From Eledone cirrhosa (taxonomy: Eukaryota), in the NCBI GenBank assembly GCA_964016885.1, contig OZ024741.1:297972001-298036000 (forward strand): 64,000 bases of DNA, written 5' to 3'. Numbering within the stretch: the first letter of the stretch is position 1; each line of letters begins with the position of its first letter. The notes under the pieces were generated by a model. That model saw only the letters and a program-made list of their open reading frames with translations, made no database searches and was not told the DNA's origin. Positions 61,519-64,000 of the stretch are shown one piece after another. The position numbers and the translations under genes were made by a program.

Positions 61519-61681
61519 TAGCTGTCAGTCGAAAGCAGCCGATGAAAGCAAAACATCGTTTATTTCCGTATTACTACCACGCGTAAGTGGAGTTACTTGC
61601 TGGTAGTAATACGGAAATAAACGATGACGAATGACGTCACCTACGCCTGCTTTCATCGGCTGCTTTCACGACTGACAGCTA
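61519..61681. mobile_element. TA-flanked hairpin MITE with two nested inverted segments
   Basis: tagctgtcagtcgaaagcagccgatgaaagca / tgctttcatcggctgctttcacgactgacagcta and catcgtttatttccgtattactacca / tggtagtaatacggaaataaacgatg. Confidence 0.75.
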
Positions 61682-61684
61682 TAT

Positions 61685-61855
61685 ATCACGTGAACACAAT
61701 CACATTATTCTTTCAAAAGGAAAAGTTTGGCGCCATTTTTCTCCAGGGAATAGCACATCTGCCCGACGTGTTTTCTTCCGACAAAAATCCATGCAAGATG
61801 TAAATATCCGTTGATATGAGATATTCGTTGATATCCGTTGATATGAGAACCGTCT
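61685..61855 (-). promoter_or_regulatory. Candidate promoter region of gene A
   Basis: Cluster of cacgtg (E-box), tttggcgc (E2F-like), cgccatttt (YY1-like) and repeated gttgatatgaga(a/t) (weakly RFX X-box-like), about 2.5 kb upstream of the putative ATG; motif evidence only. Confidence 0.25.
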
Positions 61856-61874
61856 TTCTTGTTTATTATTATAA

Positions 61875-61977
61875 CCCGCCGAGGTTAACTTTGCCTTTCA
61901 TCCTTATGGGGTCGATAAAATAAAGTACCAGTAATACACTGGTATTTGCTGGCCTTGTGCCAAAGTAGAAACAATTA
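61875..61977 (+). mobile_element. tRNA-SINE (Meta-type core), 5'-truncated
   Basis: cccgccgaggttaactttgcctttcatccttatggggtcgataaaataaagtacc. Confidence 0.75.
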
Positions 61978-62317
61978 TTATAATAAAACTCCGGATAAAC
62001 ATAAACTGTTGAGTGTTTGTCATCTCTTATGAAAGAGTCGGCAGATTTTCAATCAACCAACTTTCCTTAGTTGAATAAATATATGTATGTATATATATAT
62101 ATACGTATATTTTCTTTAATATGGCAACATTAAAGGAATATATTCTTCTGCAAGAATTGCGAGCAATTTATAATGTTATTTAAGCATTGGTAATGTTATT
62201 TATTTATATGCTTTGTATATATTATATATACACAAATAATGAATCTGTATATTAAAACATCGTTTGTATTATTCAATCAGTTTATTGAACAACTAGAATG
62301 CTCATCGTCAAGTACTT

Positions 62318-62328
62318 TATACATACAC

Positions 62329-62362
<34 letters not shown>

Positions 62363-62463
62363 ATGTATGAATCTATATATATGTATGTATATATATATAT
62401 GTGTGTGTGTGTATGTATATATGTGTGTATGCATATGTGCGTGTATGCATGTGTGTGTGTATG

Positions 62464-62494
<31 letters not shown>

Positions 62495-62752
62495 ATACAT
62501 ATATGTGTGTGTGTATGTATATATATGTGTGTATGTATATATATGTATATGTATATATATATATGAAGATAAATTAACGGAGCCATAGAGTCGCGTTATT
62601 CCCTGTAAATTATGTGCTCAAAGGGAAAGGAATTCTATACATATTGTATATGTTTATATATATATATGTGCATGTATATATATGTATATGTGTATATATA
62701 TATGCATGTATATGTATATTTGTATATATGTATATGTGTGTATGTATGTATA
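62318..62752. repeat. (TA)/(TG) compound microsatellites
   Basis: Direct inspection. Confidence 0.9.
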
Positions 62753-64000
62753 TCATCATCATCATCGTTTAACGTCCATCTTCCACACTTGCATGGGTTT
62801 GGTCGGGAGTTTTCCCACTTGAGGCAAGAGTGGTTGTCTTGCTCGCATAGGACTGTCAGGCGGGTTTTCTACGGCTGGATGCCCTTCCTAACACCAACCA
62901 CGTTTACAGTGTGGACTGGGTTTTTTTTGTCGTGACACCTACACGACCTCATTTGTTTCGGACTGGATGTTGTGGTACCAACATAACTTTACATTGAAAG
63001 GGGTGGTGTGGATGGGGTGGGGATAGTGGGACGGGGTGTATTTTTGGTAGAGGTGCCTACTGACTGGTAGGTTTCACTTTGTACTTAGGTAAGGCGGGTC
63101 TTCTGTATTACTGTGTAGCGCCAAAGATCTCGGTCCAGTGACATTGTCTTGGAGAGGTGTAAGTGTGTGAGGTTGGAATGTATCAAGTCGTCCCAGGTTT
63201 TTCTGGGTCTGCCTACTCCGTGGCTACCGTCTATTTTTATTGCCCTGCACTTTTTTATACAGCTGTCGTCTTTCATGCGATCACGTGTCCACACCAACGT
63301 AGTCTTCTTTCGAGTAAACAACATGTGATCCCTCATATTTCTAATTTTTCCCTTAGTTCGTTTATGCTTTGCCGTTCACGTATATTACTATTACACATCC
63401 AGCGGAGCATGCAAGCTTCGTTCCTCTCCAGTCTGCGTATATCCTCTGCACACAATGCCCAGGTCTCACTGCCATGTAACATTGCTGTTCGTATGCAGGC
63501 ATCATACAGCCTGCCTTTCATTTTTAGAGAGAACCCTTTAGCGGCTAATAGTGGTATAAGCTCTCTGAACTTTTTCCATCCACTTCTGACACTAGCTACT
63601 GTACTTTCAGAACACCCTCTACCACTGCTCATTTTGTCACCCAAGTAACGGAAGGTGTCCACTATTTCTATAGAACCATCTGTGCAATTGAAAGAGGTAG
63701 TATTTTGTGGGCACTTGCTGCTACTTATTGCACCAGAGCACCGGCCACATGTAAAATCTATGTTCTTAGTTAGCTTACCTGTGATCCCACTACATCTTTT
63801 ATGCACCCATACTTTGCATTTGGGACATAAAATGGAGTTTCTGCCTACTTCTTTCCTACACACTGAGCATGGCCATTTCCCGGATGGGACCGGTGCTCTA
63901 TTTTCCTTCCTACAAACTAGAACTTTAGTCTTAGACAGGTTAATTTTAAGGCCTTTTGATTCTAGGCCATGCTTCCATGTTTGGAATTTCTTCTCTAGTT
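62753..64000 (-). mobile_element. RTE family A LINE 3' part with UTR and (GAT)n tail, continuing past the window end
   Basis: KWPCSVCRKEVGRNSILCPKCKVWVHKRCSG..CGRC, FRYLGD, MLHGSETW, GRPRKTW. Confidence 0.9.

Noticed and set aside
62282-62935. Y/I/C/V/H/T-rich ORFs
   Set aside because: Microsatellite translations

Overview
AT-rich, repeat-dense animal genomic DNA. The (TA)n/(GAT)n microsatellites, RTE LINEs, tRNA-derived SINEs and TTAA-CCCTTTAGCATT MITEs suggest a coleoid cephalopod (inference only). The ORF track misses the real genes, which I rebuilt by hand from splice sites. (1) A nine-coding-exon CFAP119/CCDC189-like ciliary/flagellar gene lies on the minus strand (59239->16928, 282 aa, all intron phases consistent, GT-AG throughout; exon 1 is the least certain). 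(2) The last three exons of a diverged but open paralogue lie on the plus strand (4436->6706), so the two genes form a tail-to-tail inverted duplicate. Intron 4 of the minus-strand gene is about 98% filled by a 14.2-kb triplet-phased satellite with higher-order repeats, which explains the giant V/N/T-rich ORFs. Intron 8 holds a 60-bp satellite grown inside a MITE. About 80 bp past the stop codon is a 2.5-kb Penelope-like palindrome with ~1.09-kb arms, a GIY-YIG remnant in the spacer and a variant hammerhead-like fold in each arm. Other notable items: a head-to-head tRNA-like palindrome, an RTE LINE with a twin-priming-type 5' inversion, a CR1 snap-back insertion, a nested MITE/hAT/CRE/piggyBac insertion stack, a decayed mariner and a Tx1 remnant. 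All homology calls come from motif recognition, not database searches.
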